Translations under genes and position numbers: made by a program
Origin: Heterodontus francisci
Lineage: Eukaryota
Reading direction: 5' to 3'
DNA length: 64,000 nt
NCBI RefSeq assembly: GCF_036365525.1
Contig: NC_090374.1
Coordinates: forward strand, 153,296,502 to 153,360,501
Shown here: positions 49,501-63,494 of the stretch, in pieces
How the letters are laid out: each line of letters begins with the position of its first letter
How positions within the stretch are numbered: position 1 is the stretch's first letter
The notes under the pieces: model-generated
Told to the model about the DNA's origin: nothing
Seen by the model: only the letters and a program-made list of their open reading frames with translations
Databases searched by the model: none

Positions 49501-50869
49501 CTTTGTATATGTATGTGTATATATAGAATGATTCTGAGCAGTGATTGGGCCCCTAGCACCTATTTTCCATCCTTCATTAAGAAGGAATGCCATGAAGCCT
49601 GGATATAGCTGCAAAGCTGCCTTATCCTTATAGAACTCTCTGGTTCAGACAAACTGAATTACAGGGAAGACTGGGTTTTGCAGCAAGCATGTGACATGGA
49701 TCAACACCTGCGTGAGAGCAAAGGTAAAACAGTTGGGACACTACATCTAGAACTTGTATTAATGTGGGAAAAAAACAGCTCGAGGAAATCAAGAGCAATT
49801 AAACAGGTGTAATTTGCTGCAAACCTCTTTTCATTTTAAGTTGAAAAGCAGACACTAATTCTGGTCAGTTACATAGGACTGTAAAACAAATATATGTACA
49901 GTTTAAGAAAAAATCAGTCTTCAGCAATGAACAAATGCTTTCAGTTCATTTAGCTAATGTTTCCTGTTAGGTTCGCCCTTTGAAATGCCATATAAAGCAG
50001 TAACTCCCACCCCTCCCTGCCCCTTCTCTCCTCAAGGTGCTGATTCATATTACCAGCATTCTGTGGTACTTGCTCATCTGCCCAATCCTTATGAATCAAC
50101 ATAAACAGGGAGTGACATGAGGCTATTGAACCGTGCCAAGAGATGACGGTGGGAGGGTGGCTAAAACTGCTTACACAACATTGACATGTAGGTATTTTCC
50201 ATTGGAGTCATTGGATAATGAACAGGGGCAAGAAGCTTGGCTTTGGTGGGGGATTGTAGGCCAGAATGCGATGGCCAACTGTATTGACTGCAGTCCTCTG
50301 TGCTTGATGCTTTAGGTACTGTGTACACTTTTCATTATTCTTTGAACGGAGATCAACCTACACATTCAAAGCTTCCTTACATATAACCCTTTATCTCCCT
50401 CTCTGACCTGATACTAGCCTAGATCTTTTGATTGGCATTATCATTGCCCACTCATTTAAAAAAAATCTATTTCACACTTGGTGTTTACACCACTTTTCAT
50501 CTCTCCTCCTTAAAACCTACCACTCAATTAAGCTTTTGCTTGCCTGTCCTAATGTCTCCTTCCTTTGTGCAATGTCAGTTCTTTTCTTATACTTCTGTGT
50601 AGTGCCTTGGGGCATTTTAACTACATGTCAATGCAAGTTCTTGTTCAGTGGTTATCAGTTACAATGATTTATTATTACTAATATTGATTGTTGACTGCTC
50701 GTATGGGAATTAGACTGACATGTTTCAGTTATCTGGACTGAAAGATCCATCTCCCTGTTGCTTCTACAAAGAAATTAGATCCTACCTTAAAGTGAAGCTG
50801 TGAGTCAGCAGAAGTGATCTGAAGTGTGATTTAAAGGGGCAGTATCTTTAGTAGTGATTTTCCACTATT

Positions 50870-51920
50870 CTTAAACTCCTCTCCCCTGTCTCCTCCACCC
50901 TCACCTTCAATAATAAGTCCGAGAGCTCAGGGACTTCTTCGTCACTAAGATCGAGACTATCAGATCAGCTGCCTCTGCCACGTCGCCCGTTCCACTAGCC
51001 CACCTGGCCAAACTTCCTGTAAAGTTCCCCGCCACCCTAGCCCTGAACTCGCGTCTTTCTCTAGTTTCTCTTCTATCTCCCCTCGTGAGTCATGATGGGA
51101 CAGAACCCATTGAGTCCACACACCTGCCTTGTTCCCATATTTTTTTATTCCTCTTTCCTTCAACCATGTCTGACCTATTCCTAAATGTTGACCTGTTGCT
51201 ACTTCAACTCATGAACTTCAGTAATGCATACAATAACCTCACCACCCTGCGGTGAAAAGATTTCTCCTGCTCTCTGTTCTAAATCTCTTGCATTTAATGC
51301 TGTATCTGTGTTCCCTTCATTCTAGCAGCTCTATCAAATTACCCCTTATTTGCTTTTGTTCTAATTAAAACAATCGCAATTTTTCAAGTCTTTCTTTTCA
51401 TTTGTATCTCCTCAAACAAGGTAGTACCACATTGAATTTGCACTGTATCCACTTTATTGACTTAACATCCTTCTTACAGTCTGGAGCCTAAAACTGCACT
51501 CATTACTATTTGCCATTTATATTCTCTTCACACACACGTGTGTAAAAGTGTAAAAACTCAGCAGTACAATCATTAGTATGCTTAGTCCTGCGACCCTATT
51601 CTTACTTAACTGCTGACCACCCAACCTCCCCTCCTGGTGCCCATGTTAGCTGATATTGTTAACAATTCTGTCTCTTCACGTGTTGTCCCTCTCTCCTTTA
51701 AATCTGCCATCATTACCCCTCTCAAAAAAACTAACCCTTCACCCCACTGTCCTTGCAAACGACCACCCCACCAGCAATCTTCCTTTCCTAAGTCCTTGAA
51801 CGTGTTGTTGCCTCCAAGTCATGCCCATCTTTCCCAGGACTCCACGTTTGAATCCCTGCAATCAGGTTGCCGCCCCTGCCACTTTACCGAAACAGCTCTG
51901 GTCAAAGCCACAAACGACTG
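50870..51920 (+). mobile_element. L2 LINE fragment interrupted by an old CR1 3' fragment (about 51080-51510, minus)
   Basis: PMLADIVNNS..VPLSFKSAIITPLKK and ESLQSGCRPCHFTETALVKATND are typical L2 RT N-terminal motifs. Confidence 0.75.
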
Positions 51921-52183
51921 TTAAGGGAAGCAAGAGAAGAAATAGCGGAGGCTCTGACCACCATTTTCCCAATTTTTTCTGGCTTCAGGCATGGTGCCAG
52001 GGGACAGCTAACATTATATGATTGTTCAAAAAGGGATAAAGGGATAGACTGAGTAATTACAGGCCAGACAACCTAACCTCAGTGGTGGGAAAATTATTGG
52101 AAAAAATTCTGAGGGACATTTAGAAAGACACAGATTAATCAAAGGCAGTCAGCATGGATTTGTTTCAGGAAAGTCATGTCTTA
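51921..52183 (+). mobile_element. CR1 RT fragment, left half (continues at 55064-55550)
   Basis: LREAREEIAEALT..NYRP..SQHGFVSGKSCL, resuming after the nested element with MDFSKAFDKAPHGRL. Confidence 0.8.
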
Positions 52184-55063
52184 TTAAGAACATAAGAAAT
52201 AGGAGCAGGAGTAGGTCATTCAGCCCCTCAAGCCTGCCCTGCCATTCAATAAGATCATGGCTGATCTGTCCCAGGCCTCAACTCCTCTTTCGGTCCTGCT
52301 CTGCATAACCCTCGACTCCCCGAGATTTCCAAAATCGATCTACCTCTTCCTTAAATACATTTAGTGGCCTAGCCTCTACAACTCTCTGAGGTAAAGAATT
52401 CCAGACATTCACCACCTTCTGAGAGAAGAAATTCGTTTGCATCTCAGTTTTAAATGTGGGACCCATTATTCTATAACTATGTCCCCTAATTCAAGATTCC
52501 CCAGCCAGTGGAAACATATTCTCAACATCTACCCTGTCAAGCCCTTAGAATCTTATATGTTTCAATAAGATCACCTCTCATTCTTCTAAACTCCGATGAG
52601 TAAAGGCCTAACCTGTTTACCTGTTCTTGATAAGACAACCTCTTCATCCCAGGAATCAGCCTAGTGAACCTTTTCTGAACTGCCTCCAATGCTAGTATAT
52701 CCTTCCTTAAATACAGGGACCAAAACTGTACACAGTACTCCAGGTGCGGCCTCACCAACACCCTGTACAGTTGTAACAAGACTTCCCTATTTTTAAACTC
52801 TAACCCCCTAGCAATAAAGGCCAAATTCCATTTGACTTTCTAATTACTTGCTGCACCTGCATGCTAACCTTTTGGCTTTCATGTACAAGAACACCCTCTG
52901 TACTGCAGTATTTTGTAGTCTTTCAACATCTAAATAATAATCTGCCTTTTTATTCTTCCTAACAAAGTGGATGACCTCACACTTTCCCACATTGAACTCC
53001 ATTTGCCAAGTTTTTGCCCACTCACTTAACCTATCTATATCCCTTTGCAGTTTCTTTGTGTCCTCATCACAACATGCCTTCCCACCTATTTTTGTATCAT
53101 CTGCAAATTTGGATACACTACATTCTGTCCCTTCCTCCAAGTCATTAATGTAGATAGTAACTAGCTGAGGGCCTAGGACCGATCCTTGTGGCACCCCACT
53201 AGTTACAGCTTTCCAACCTGAAAAAGACCCCTTAATCCCGACTTTCTGCCTTCTGTGTGTTTGCCAATCCCCAATCCATGCCAACACATTACCGCCAATA
53301 CCCTGAGCTCTTATTTTGTGCAATAACCTTTTATGTGGCACCTTATCGAAAGCCTTCTGCAAACCCAAGTACACGACATCTACTAGTTCCCCTTTATCCA
53401 CTCTGCTTGTTATATCCTCAAAAAACTCTAACAAATTTGTCAAACATGATTTCCCTTTCATAAAACCATGTTGACTCTGTTTGATTTCATTATGTTTTTC
53501 TAAATGTCCTGCTATTTCTTCCTTAATAATGGACTCTAGCATTTTCCCAATGACAGATGTTAAGCTAACTGGTCTATAGTTCCCTGCTTTCTGTCTCCCT
53601 CCTTTCTTGAATAGGGGTGTCACATTAGCAGTTTTCCAATCCGCTGGTGCCCTACCAGAATCCAGTGAGTTTTGGTATATATGACCAATGTCTCCACTAT
53701 CTCTTTAAAAACCCTTGGATGCAGGCCATCAGGTCCTGGCGACTTGTCTGCCTTTCGCCCCATCAGTTTGTCCAGCACCTTTTCCCTCGTGATAGAGATT
53801 GTTACAAGTTCATCCCTCCCATTTATAACCTTGCTCATCTATTATTGTTGGGATGTTTATAGTGTCCTCCACCATGAAGACAGATGCAAAATATTGGATT
53901 ACATTATCTGCCATTTCCCTGTTCCCTGTTATTAATTCCCCAGTCTCATCCTCTAAATGTCCCACACTTACTTTAGCTACTCTCTTCCTTTTAAATATTC
54001 CCATAGAAGCTCTTACTGTTTGTTTTTATATTCCTTGCCAATTTACTCCCAGAATCAAATTTCTCCCTCTTTATTAGTTTTTTAGTCATCTGCTGCTGGT
54101 CCCTAAAAAATTCCCAATCCTCTGGCCTACCGCTAGCTTTTGCTGCTTTGCACGCCTTTGTTTTTGATTTGATACTCTCCTTAACTTCCTCTGTTTTCCA
54201 CGGGTGGTTCATTGTTCTCAACAAGTTCTTCTTTCTGACTGGAATAAATGTTTGCTGAGTGTTATGAAATATCTGCTTAAAAGTCTGCCACTGCTCATCC
54301 ACTGACTCCCTTTAGTCTAATTTCCCAGCCCACTTTAGACAACTCTTTCTTCATACCTCCGTAATTGACCTTGTTTAAGTTAGAGACACTGGTTTGAGAC
54401 CCGAGTTGCTCTCCCTCAAACTGAATTTGAAATTCTACCATGTTATGATCGCTTCCCCTGAGAGGATCCTTAACTACAAGATCTCTTATTAATCCTACCT
54501 CATTACACATTACCAAATCTAAAATAGCGTGTTCCTGGGTAGGTTCTGCAATGTATTGTTCTAAGAATCAATCCCTGATGCACTCTCCAAATTCGTCTTC
54601 CTTGCCAATTTGACTTGTCCAGTCTATATGCAGATTAAAATCACCCATGATAATTGCAGTGCCCTTCTTACACGGCTCCATTATTTCCTGATTAATACTT
54701 TGTCCTACAGAGAGGCAACTCTTTGGGGGCCTATAGACCACTCCCACCCGTGATTTCTTTCCCTTGCTATTCCTTATTTCCACCCAAACTGATTCGACAT
54801 CACGATCTATTACACCTATATCATTACTCACAACTGCACTGATCCCTTCTTTTAATAGAAAAGCTACCCCACCTCCTTTTCCTTTCTGCCTATTCTTCCG
54901 GAACATTGAATATCCTTGAACATTGAGTTTCCAGTCCTGGTCACCCTGCAACCACGTCTCTGTGATAGCTATCAAATCATATTCATTTATTTCTATTTGC
55001 GCCGTCAACTCATCTATCTTGTTACAAATGCTACGTGCATTCAGATAAAGAGCCTTAAGCTCT
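52184..55063 (-). mobile_element. CR1 LINE ORF2 (APE-RT) and 3'UTR, 5'-truncated, nested in another CR1
   Basis: [51 protein letters not shown] across frameshifted ORFs. Confidence 0.95.
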
Positions 55064-55550
55064 GAACATGATTGAAATTTTTGAGGAGATAACAAGGAGG
55101 GTCAATGAGGTGGTGCATTTGATGCAGTCTATATGGATTTTAGCAAGGCTTTTGATAAGGCCCCACATGGCAGACTGGTCACGACAGTAAAAGCCCATTG
55201 GATCCAAGGCAAAGTGGCAAGTTGGATCCAAACTTGGCTCAGAGATAGGAAGCAAAGGGTAATGATTGATGGGTGTTTTTGTGACTGGAAGGCTGTTTCC
55301 AGTGGGGTTCCGCAGAGCTCAGCACTAGGTCCCTTGCTTTTCGTGGTCTATATCAATGATTTGGACTTGAATGTAGGGGGTATGATTAAGAAGTTTGCAA
55401 ATGACACAAAAATTGGCCGTGTGGTTGATAATGGAGAATAAAGCTGTCGACTGCAGGAAGCCAAAGGACTAATTAGGTGGGCTCAACAGTGGCAAACGGA
55501 GTTCAATCTGGAGAAGTGTAAGGTAATGCATTTGAGGAAGGCAAGGGAAT
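55064..55550 (+). mobile_element. CR1 RT fragment, right half
   Basis: MDFSKAFDKAPHGRL..SGVPQSSALGPLLFVVYINDLD..KFANDTKIG. Confidence 0.85.
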
Positions 55551-56884
55551 ATGTCAGGGTTTAAAATGGACTGTCTTCAGGGACACTACACCAATTTCTC
55601 TTGCAAAGAGGTACGTAAATGACAGGAAGGCTGGAAGTTAAGGATTGGGTGCCAAGTGGCATGGGAGAGATTAAGTAAAAGATGTGGGGGTGTTAAAAGT
55701 GAAGGTTGTCATTATGCATGGCAAACGTGCGTAGTAATAGTGCAGGGTAGGGAGTTGCAAGTGTCCTTAACCAGAATGCAATGTGATGGCTTCATTGGGG
55801 AAATGTTATTTTAAGAGGGTGAAGAGTGAGCTGATGCCCAGAGTAGGCAAAGTAGAAAAGGGAGAGGTGTGCAGTGTTACCTTACCTGAGCTGCTGAGGA
55901 TGTGAAGCATTTGACCCTGGTTTGGAGTCCTGGGGGTGAGAGAACTGGCAGTCTGTGTCTCCTTGCGGTGGGCGCAGAAGACACTTGAATATTCATATTA
56001 CTGCCCAAAATGTAATAAAAATATTGGTAATCACACAGTGAAGTAATTTGAGAGAAATGAAAGATCCAAGCAGTGTTCCTATCTCGCCTTCTTTCTGTGT
56101 TCTGGTGAATAGCAGAGGATGAACAATGCATTTCAAAAGTTGCACAGATGTTTTACCAAACCTTCCATCAGTAAGCATGTAAATGAGTAAACCCAGGAAA
56201 CCTTTTTGTATCTTCCTGTGGAGGCCAGCCTTAGATACATTTTTAAAAAAAAGGTGTAACAGCAATGTAAATCACACTGGAAATTCTGGGCCATATTATG
56301 CACTTGAAGCAACTTGTGTTTACTTCCTGAGTCATGTCTGAGATTTGTGTGTGGGGAGCAGGAGCAGGCAGGATGGTTGGGAAATCCAAGGGGCAGTGGG
56401 TCAGCAAAACGGCACAGGCAAGAATCTGGTAAGAAAAAAAGAATTGCATATATATAACATCTTTCACAACCTCAAATGCCTCACAATAAAACTATATCAG
56501 AATCGCAGTCATGCTGAATGATGCTGTTAATGGCCCATGGTGCCTACTGGTTGTGGTCTGGGTTGGGAGTACCGGTGGACAGTGCGGAATTCATCTCCAG
56601 GAAAACAAGATAGAAGCAAAATACTGCGAATGCTGGAAATCTGAAATAAAATTATTCCAGGAAAAGGACGTGCTCGAGAAAGGCAGGCGGTCAGAGAGAC
56701 TGCCTCCACCCCGCATAAAAGAGGCAGGTGATGCATTTTCTCGCTATTTCTGGGTATACAAGGCAGGAAATTTAGTTAAGTGCCTCAGTGCTCCAAATGT
56801 TTCATCGCACCTGATGTGTCTTGAGAGACAGTTCTGCATGCAATGGCCAAACATGAGATCTTTCTCCAGTTCTTTCATTCAGTC

Positions 56885-58890
56885 ACATCAACTGGGAACA
56901 CAGGGTTTAGTGAGAGGGAGAAACTGAAGGAAATCAGTATTAGTAGAGAAATGGTGTTGGGGAAATTGATGGGATTGAAGGCCAATAAATCCCCAGGGCC
57001 TGATAATCTACATCCCAGAGTACTTAAGGAAGTGGTCCTAGAAATAATGGATGCATTGGTGGTCATCTTCCAAGATTCTATAGACTCTGGAACAGTTCCT
57101 ACAGATTGGAGGGTAGCTAATGTGACCGCACTATTTAAAAAGGGAGCTAGAGAGAAAACAGGGAATTATAGACCAGTCAGCCTGACGTCGGTAGTGGGGA
57201 AAATTCTACAGTCCATTTTTTTTTATTTAGAGATACAGCACTGAAACAGGCCCTTCAGCCCACTGAGTCTATGCTGACCAACAACCACCCATTTATACTA
57301 GTCCTACATTAATCCCATATTCCCTACCACATCCCCACCATTCTCCTACCACCTACCTACACTAGGGGCAATTTACAATGGCCAATTTACCTATCAACCT
57401 GCTTTGGGAGGAAACCAGAGCACCAGGTGGAAACTCACACAATCACAGGGAGAACTTGCAAACTCTGCACAGGCAGTACCCAGAACTGAATCTGGGTTGC
57501 TGGAGCTGTGAGGTTGCAGTGCTAACCACTGCACCACCCAATTATAAAAGATTTTATAGCAGAGCACTTGGAGGGCAGTGGTAGAATCGGACAGAGTCAG
57601 CATGGATTTACGAAAGCAAAATCACGCTTGACAAATCTACTAGAATTCTTTGAGGATGTAACTAGTAGAGTTGTTGAGGGGGAGCCAGTGGATGTGGTTT
57701 ATTTGGACTTTCAGAAGGCTTTTGACAAAGTCCTACATAAGAGATTAGCGTGTAAAATTAAAGCGCATGGAATTGGGGGTAGTGTATTGCGATGGATAGA
57801 AAATTGGTTGGCAGACAGGAAATAGAGTAGGGATAAATGAGTCTTTTTCTGAATGGCAGGCAGTGACTAGTGGGGTACCGCAGGGATCGGTGCTAGGACC
57901 CCAGCTATTCACAATATATACTAATGATATAAATGAGGGAACTAAATGTAATATCTCCAAAGTTGCAGATGACACAAAACTAGGTGGGAGAGTGAGTTGT
58001 GAAGAGGATGCAGAGAGGCTTCAGGGTGATTTGGACAAGTTGAGTGAGTGGGCAAATGCATGGCAGATGCAGTATAATGTGGATAAATGTGAGGTTATCC
58101 ACTTTGGTAGCAAAAACAGGAAGGCAGATTATTATCTGAACGGCTATTAACTGAGAGAGGGGAATATGCAACGAGATCTGGGTGTTCTCGTACACCAGTC
58201 GCTGAAGGTAAGCATGCAGGTACAACAGGCGGTAAAAAAGGCAAATGGTATGTTGGCCTTCACAGTGAGAGGATTCAAGTACAGGAGCAGGGATGTCTTG
58301 CTGCAATTATACAGGGCCTTGGTGAGGCTACACCTGGAATATTGTGTGCAGTTTTGGTCTCCTTATCTGAGGAAGGATGCTCTTGCTATAGAGGGAGTGC
58401 AGCGAAGGTTTACCAGACTGATTCCTGGGATGGCGGGACTGATGTATGAGGAGAGATTGAGTCGGTTAGGATTATATTCGCTGGAGTTCAGAAGAGTGAG
58501 GGGGGATCTCAGAAACCTATAAAATTCTAACAGAACTTGACAGGGTAGATGCAGGAAGGATGTTCCTGATGGTGGGGGAATCCAGAACCAGGGGTCATAG
58601 TCTAAGGATATGGGGTAAACCTTTCAGGACTGAGATGAGGAGAAATGTCTTCACCCAGAGAGTGGTGAGCCTGTGGAATTCGCTACCACAGAAAGCAGTT
58701 GAGGCCAAAACATTGTATGTTTTCAAGAAGGAGTTAGATATAGCTCTTGAGGCGAAAGGGATCAAAGGATATGGAGGGAAAGCGGGAACAGGTTATTGAG
58801 TTGGATGATCAGCCACGATCATAATGAATGGTGGAGCAGACTCGAAGGGCCGAATGGCCTACTCCTGCTCTTTTTTTCTATGTTTCTATG
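56885..58890 (+). mobile_element. CR1 LINE 3' half with a nested HE1 SINE
   Basis: [47 protein letters not shown], and a (TTTCTATG)n tail. Confidence 0.93.
57216..57539 (-). mobile_element. HE1-type SINE
   Basis: Interrupts the CR1 at cagtccatt|ataaaagatt. HE1 head, core and tail. Confidence 0.88.
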
Positions 58891-59184
58891 AAACACAAAT
58901 GCAGAGTGCAAACGTGTGTCCTTACATCAAATACTTGTGCAAAGGGCTCTATGAAAAAGAGCCACAATAATCTCATGTATTGCTTGACTGGAATCTGTGA
59001 ACAATTTAAAGTACCGACGGAAATATTTTACCGCTGTTCCATTGACAGAAGTTAGAACACGAAAGGCGGCTGTTTGGCCCAAGGAGTCTATTCTCCACAT
59101 GGGCAATAGTCCTGATCTCATGCTCCCATATCCTTTTATCCCCTTTCATTCAACCACCTATTTAAACTATTCTTAAATGTTGAC

Positions 59185-60076
59185 GAAAACGAACAGCATG
59201 GGGCAGGACGTCAGAAATGCTCCATCCATCAATATTGGCGACCACGCTCTGGAAGTGGTTCAAGAGTTCACCTACCTAGGCTCAACTATCACCAGTAACC
59301 TGTCTCTAGATGCAGAAATCAACAAGCGCATGGGAAAGGCTTCCACTGCTATGTCCAGACTGGCCAAGAGAGTGCGGGAAAATGGCGCACTGACACGGAA
59401 CACAAAAGTCCAAGTGTATCAAGCCTGTGTCCTCAGTACCTTGCTCTATGGCAGCGAGGCCTGGACAACGTATGTCAGCCAAGAGCGATGTCTCAATTCA
59501 TTCCATCTTCACTGCCTCCGGAGAATACTTGGCATCAGGTGGCAGGACTATATCTCCAACACAGAAGCCCTCGAGGCGGCCAACATCCCCAGCTTATACA
59601 CACTACTGAGTCAGCGGCGCTTGAGATGGCTTGGCCATGTGAGCCGCATGGAAGATGGCAGGATCCCCAAAGACACATGTACAGTGAGCTCGCCACTGGC
59701 ATCAGACCCACCGGCCGTCCATGTCTCCGCTTCAAAGACATCTGCAAACGCGACATGAAGTCCTGTGACATTGATCACAAGTCGTGGGAGTCAGTTGCCA
59801 GCGTTCGCCAGAGCTGGCGGGCAGTCATAAAGGCGGGGCTAAAGTGTGGCGAGTCAAAGAGACTTAGCAGTTGGCAGGAAAAAAGACAAAAGCGCAAGGG
59901 GAGAGCCAACTGTGTAACAGCCCCGACAAACAAATTTTTCTGCAGCACCTGTGGAAGAGCCTGTCACTCTAGAATTGGCCTTTATAGCCACTCCAGGCGC
60001 TGCTCCACACATCACTGACCACCTCCAGGCGCTTACCCATTGTCTCTCGAGATAAGGAGGCCAAAGAAGAAAGAAG
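59185..60076 (+). mobile_element. RTE family B, 5'-truncated
   Basis: Near-identical to 6377-7258. 10-bp TSD aaatgttgac at 59175-59184 and 60077-60086, (AAG)n tail. Confidence 0.95.
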
Positions 60077-61260
60077 AAATGTTGACATGATCTCTGTTTC
60101 AATCACTAATTCCACAGTGCAGTCTGACACCTGCTTTCTGCTAAAAAATTTAGAAAACGGAAATAATTATAAAATAGAAAAACGATTGGGTCTAAACACC
60201 TTTCCGTTTTTCTCGAGAAGATCAATCTCCCTACCAGTTATCTGTTAATGAACTAAAATGAGATGACCCACAGCCTCAGCCCACATAAGGAGCACATAAC
60301 TATTTTTAAAGCAAGTCCATTATTAGGGGAACAAAACCCCAGCTTTTTCATACGCCGGTCTCCATTCCAGTGCCCCAGGCTCCATTTATTTCAGTCATCT
60401 TCTCCCCTCAACTATAGCCCCTGTGATTTTAATACCCCCCAACCCCTCACAACTTCAGGCCACCCTCCCATGATTAAAAGCCCTTTATTCCCCGCTGCCA
60501 TCTCACAATTACTTGCATGTCTGAATATTTTAAGGTGTGAAGGCACCTAGTGTGCTTAAGGTTGTTTGCAGTTCATAATTTGTGAGTATCCATGTTTCAA
60601 AGGGCAGTTTGTATTTATTATACTGTAAGTTATTTGGAATTTAAGTAAATGCTTTTTTTTGGGGGGTGATCCAGTTTGTACAGGTTAATCCTCTTAAAAA
60701 AATGTGGAAGCCTCTCTCTTATCCGTTACAAGATTCTGGGAAAACCAAATGGCTTGCACTTAAACAATAGTAAGTAATTACATGTCTTGGCAAGAACTGT
60801 GTTTCAGATTGAACTCAAATTAAATGGATATTGCACCCAGCATTGGTCATGATTAGTGGGGGAAGAATATTACTGCCTTTGAGAAAGAGCAGCTTAGAGT
60901 AACAGAAGTCATACATGATATCAGGAATCAAGGCTGTGAGGAAAGCTTAATAAAGTTGGATTTGTTCTTTTTGGGAGAGACTTGAAGGCAGCCATACAGA
61001 AGTTGTCATGTCTATAAAGGGAAGTTGCTAAAGTGAACTTGAATTGCAAAGAGAACAACATTTTAAAATTAAGTGGATCAATTTCTGCGGGCTGGGGGGC
61101 AGGGTGGTGGGGGTTCTCCCTCTTATCCACTGTAGCTCCAGTGAAAGAGCTACAAAAACTCTGGAGAAATGGCATAAACACAGCATTTTAAGTAGCTATT
61201 CCAGAGTTTGTGCAGCTACAGTAATGCTAGTCTATTATCAAACTAAAGATTAACCTGAAA

Positions 61261-61617
61261 GGGCGGCACAGTGGCGCAGTGGTTAGCACTGCAGCCTCAC
61301 AGCTGCAGGGACCAGGGTTCGATTCTGGGTACTGCCTGTGTGGAGTTTGCAAGTTCTCCCTGTGTCTGCGTGGGTTTTCTCCGGGTGCTCCGGTTTCCTC
61401 CCACAAGCCAAAAAAGACTTGCAGGTTGGTAGGTAAATTGTCCATTATATAAAATTGTCACTGGTATAGGTAGGTGGTAGGGAAATATAGAGACAGGTGG
61501 GGATGTTTGGTAGGAATATGGGATTAGTGTAGGATTAGTATAAATGGGTGGTTGATGGTCGGCACAGACTCGGTGGGCCGAAGGGCCTGTTTCAGTGCTG
61601 TATCTCTAATCTAATCT
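61261..61617 (+). mobile_element. HE1-type SINE
   Basis: A/B boxes, conserved core, (CTAAT)n tail. Confidence 0.9.
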
Positions 61618-61621
61618 GATA

Positions 61622-61752
61622 CAAAAGCAAAATACTGCAGATGCCGGAAATCTGAACTAAAAACAGAAAAAGTTGCAATTACTCAGCAGGTCTAGCAGCA
61701 TATATGGCGAGAGCAACAGAAGTAATGTTTCAGGTTGATGACCCTTCATGCT
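61622..61752 (+). mobile_element. Penelope-like terminal repeat fragment
   Basis: Same motif as 39253-39385. Confidence 0.6.
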
Positions 61753-62137
61753 GAAACTCCAGGATGCTTAATGTGTCCTGGCACCATGAACTGAATTAGT
61801 GAGCCCGCTGCTGGTCCCAGCAGCAGGCCGAGAAATGGGCGCCATTCTCATTTGTCACATGGGTGGCCGCCCCACCGTGATCATGCAGCAGGCAGCCATT
61901 TTGCATAGTGGAGATATGGTCTCCCCAATCACGCAGCTGTTAGGGGGTGGGATGAGCAGGAAGTGAGACACAATTACGGCATCAGATGACTCCGGAGCAG
62001 ATGCTGGCACCATATTTAAAGCTCTTCCAGCCCTGCTTGCATTGCTTCCTAGCATTCATTTGCTGCTAGCTGCTCCAAACTGAGACCCATTTTGCCTTGA
62101 CTCTGGATACCCAACTCTGCGAGGCGGACCCCACAGG

Positions 62138-62790
62138 ATGGCCGAGCCAAGACACATAGGGTGGCCCCATGTTTTAGTGATGCCTCCTTCCAGATTCTCT
62201 TCCAGGTTGCAAGGGAAAGGAGGGAGGTCCTCTTTCCCCAGTAATGGCAAGAACAGATCCTCCCACCTGACCAAGCAAGCCTGGGTGGTGATAGCTGGGG
62301 AGGTCACCAGCCATGAGGTCACACCCTGCAAGTAGGTACAGTGCCGCAAGAGGTTCAACGACCTCTTTCTTTCTGCTAAGGCTCCATACCTCTCTTTTTT
62401 TAGTGATTGCAAGTGGCTACATAGGAGGAAGTGAAGCATGAGAAGGGTGGCACTACCATGGGGAGGGCAGAGGGGGTTAGGTATCACCTCATACTGGCAG
62501 ATGCACGGCTGTATCTCGACCACAGGCCACCTTCTTTCACAGCTCACTGCCATTAACTCACTTGAGAGTGGATGACAGCATGAACTACATGTGAAAATCT
62601 AGTAGGGGATGAGGGGCCGACACTCACAGAACTGTTATATTCATCTCTCTATGAAGTATGACCTTCTTCATCTTTCCTCTTGCAGGACAAGAGGACCCAC
62701 AACTGGAATAAGACAGCCCAAACGGAGGCATTCCGGATCTTCGGCCTCTCACCACGACCGAGGAAGAGGGTTTGGACACAGGGTGTCCAT
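62138..62790 (+). pseudogene. Harbinger Myb/SANT-like DNA-binding protein pseudogene (intron-containing)
   Basis: LFPSNGKNRSSHLTKQAWVVIAGEVTS..VQCRKRFNDL, then after the acceptor tcttgcag (about 62685) DKRTHN..PDLRPLTTTEEEGL. Frameshifts and stops present. Confidence 0.8.
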
Positions 62791-63494
62791 GCCATATCAG
62801 ATGGAGATACTGGAGTCTCCGTGCAAAAGCGTGAGGATTGCCTTCCATCGACGTACCGATCACTTCTGGAGACCCACATCACATATGATTGGCATGCCAA
62901 GATCTGCACAGCCTAACCCACACATATTTCTGTTCTCTCATGCAGGTTAGCATCCGTAGGAGACTCAGCCAGAAGGTGGACAGACATACACCTCTGAAGA
63001 GGAGCACTCAAATGCTGCACTCAAATACTTGACTCTCCTGCACCTTACACCTGCGCAGATACTTTCACCTCGGTGGGTTTCTGCTCTGCTGTAGAATCAG
63101 GGTCACAAGCTGGTGAGAGCACCGCATACATGCCTGAGCAGCTAGCTGAGGCTGAGACAGCCGAGGCCACTGACAGTTGGAGGACTGTAGGTGGCCAGGC
63201 CTATGCTGAGCCTTAGGCTGATGACAGGCCTCTGGTGTTGACAGCACAGGGCATGCTGGTGTTGCAGGGGGAGGTAAGGCAACAACTGGTGAGATGCCAG
63301 AGGCCATGCGCAAACATGAGCAGATGATGGGGGAGTCCACCATGTCATATCTACTGCGATGTCTCAGGCATGTGAGCGGATGACTTCCTCCATTGACAGA
63401 TCCCACAGATTTGGAAGAGGGCACATACCTGTAGGAAATGCCTTCAGTGGTCACATTCCAGTTGAATGGCAACTGGCTGGCCCATTGCATCCTT

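Noticed and set aside
56322-56445. Strong minus-strand acceptor cttttttttcttaccag
   Set aside because: The pyrimidine tract appears to be the A-rich edge of an adjacent SINE-tail fragment, and there is no good donor.
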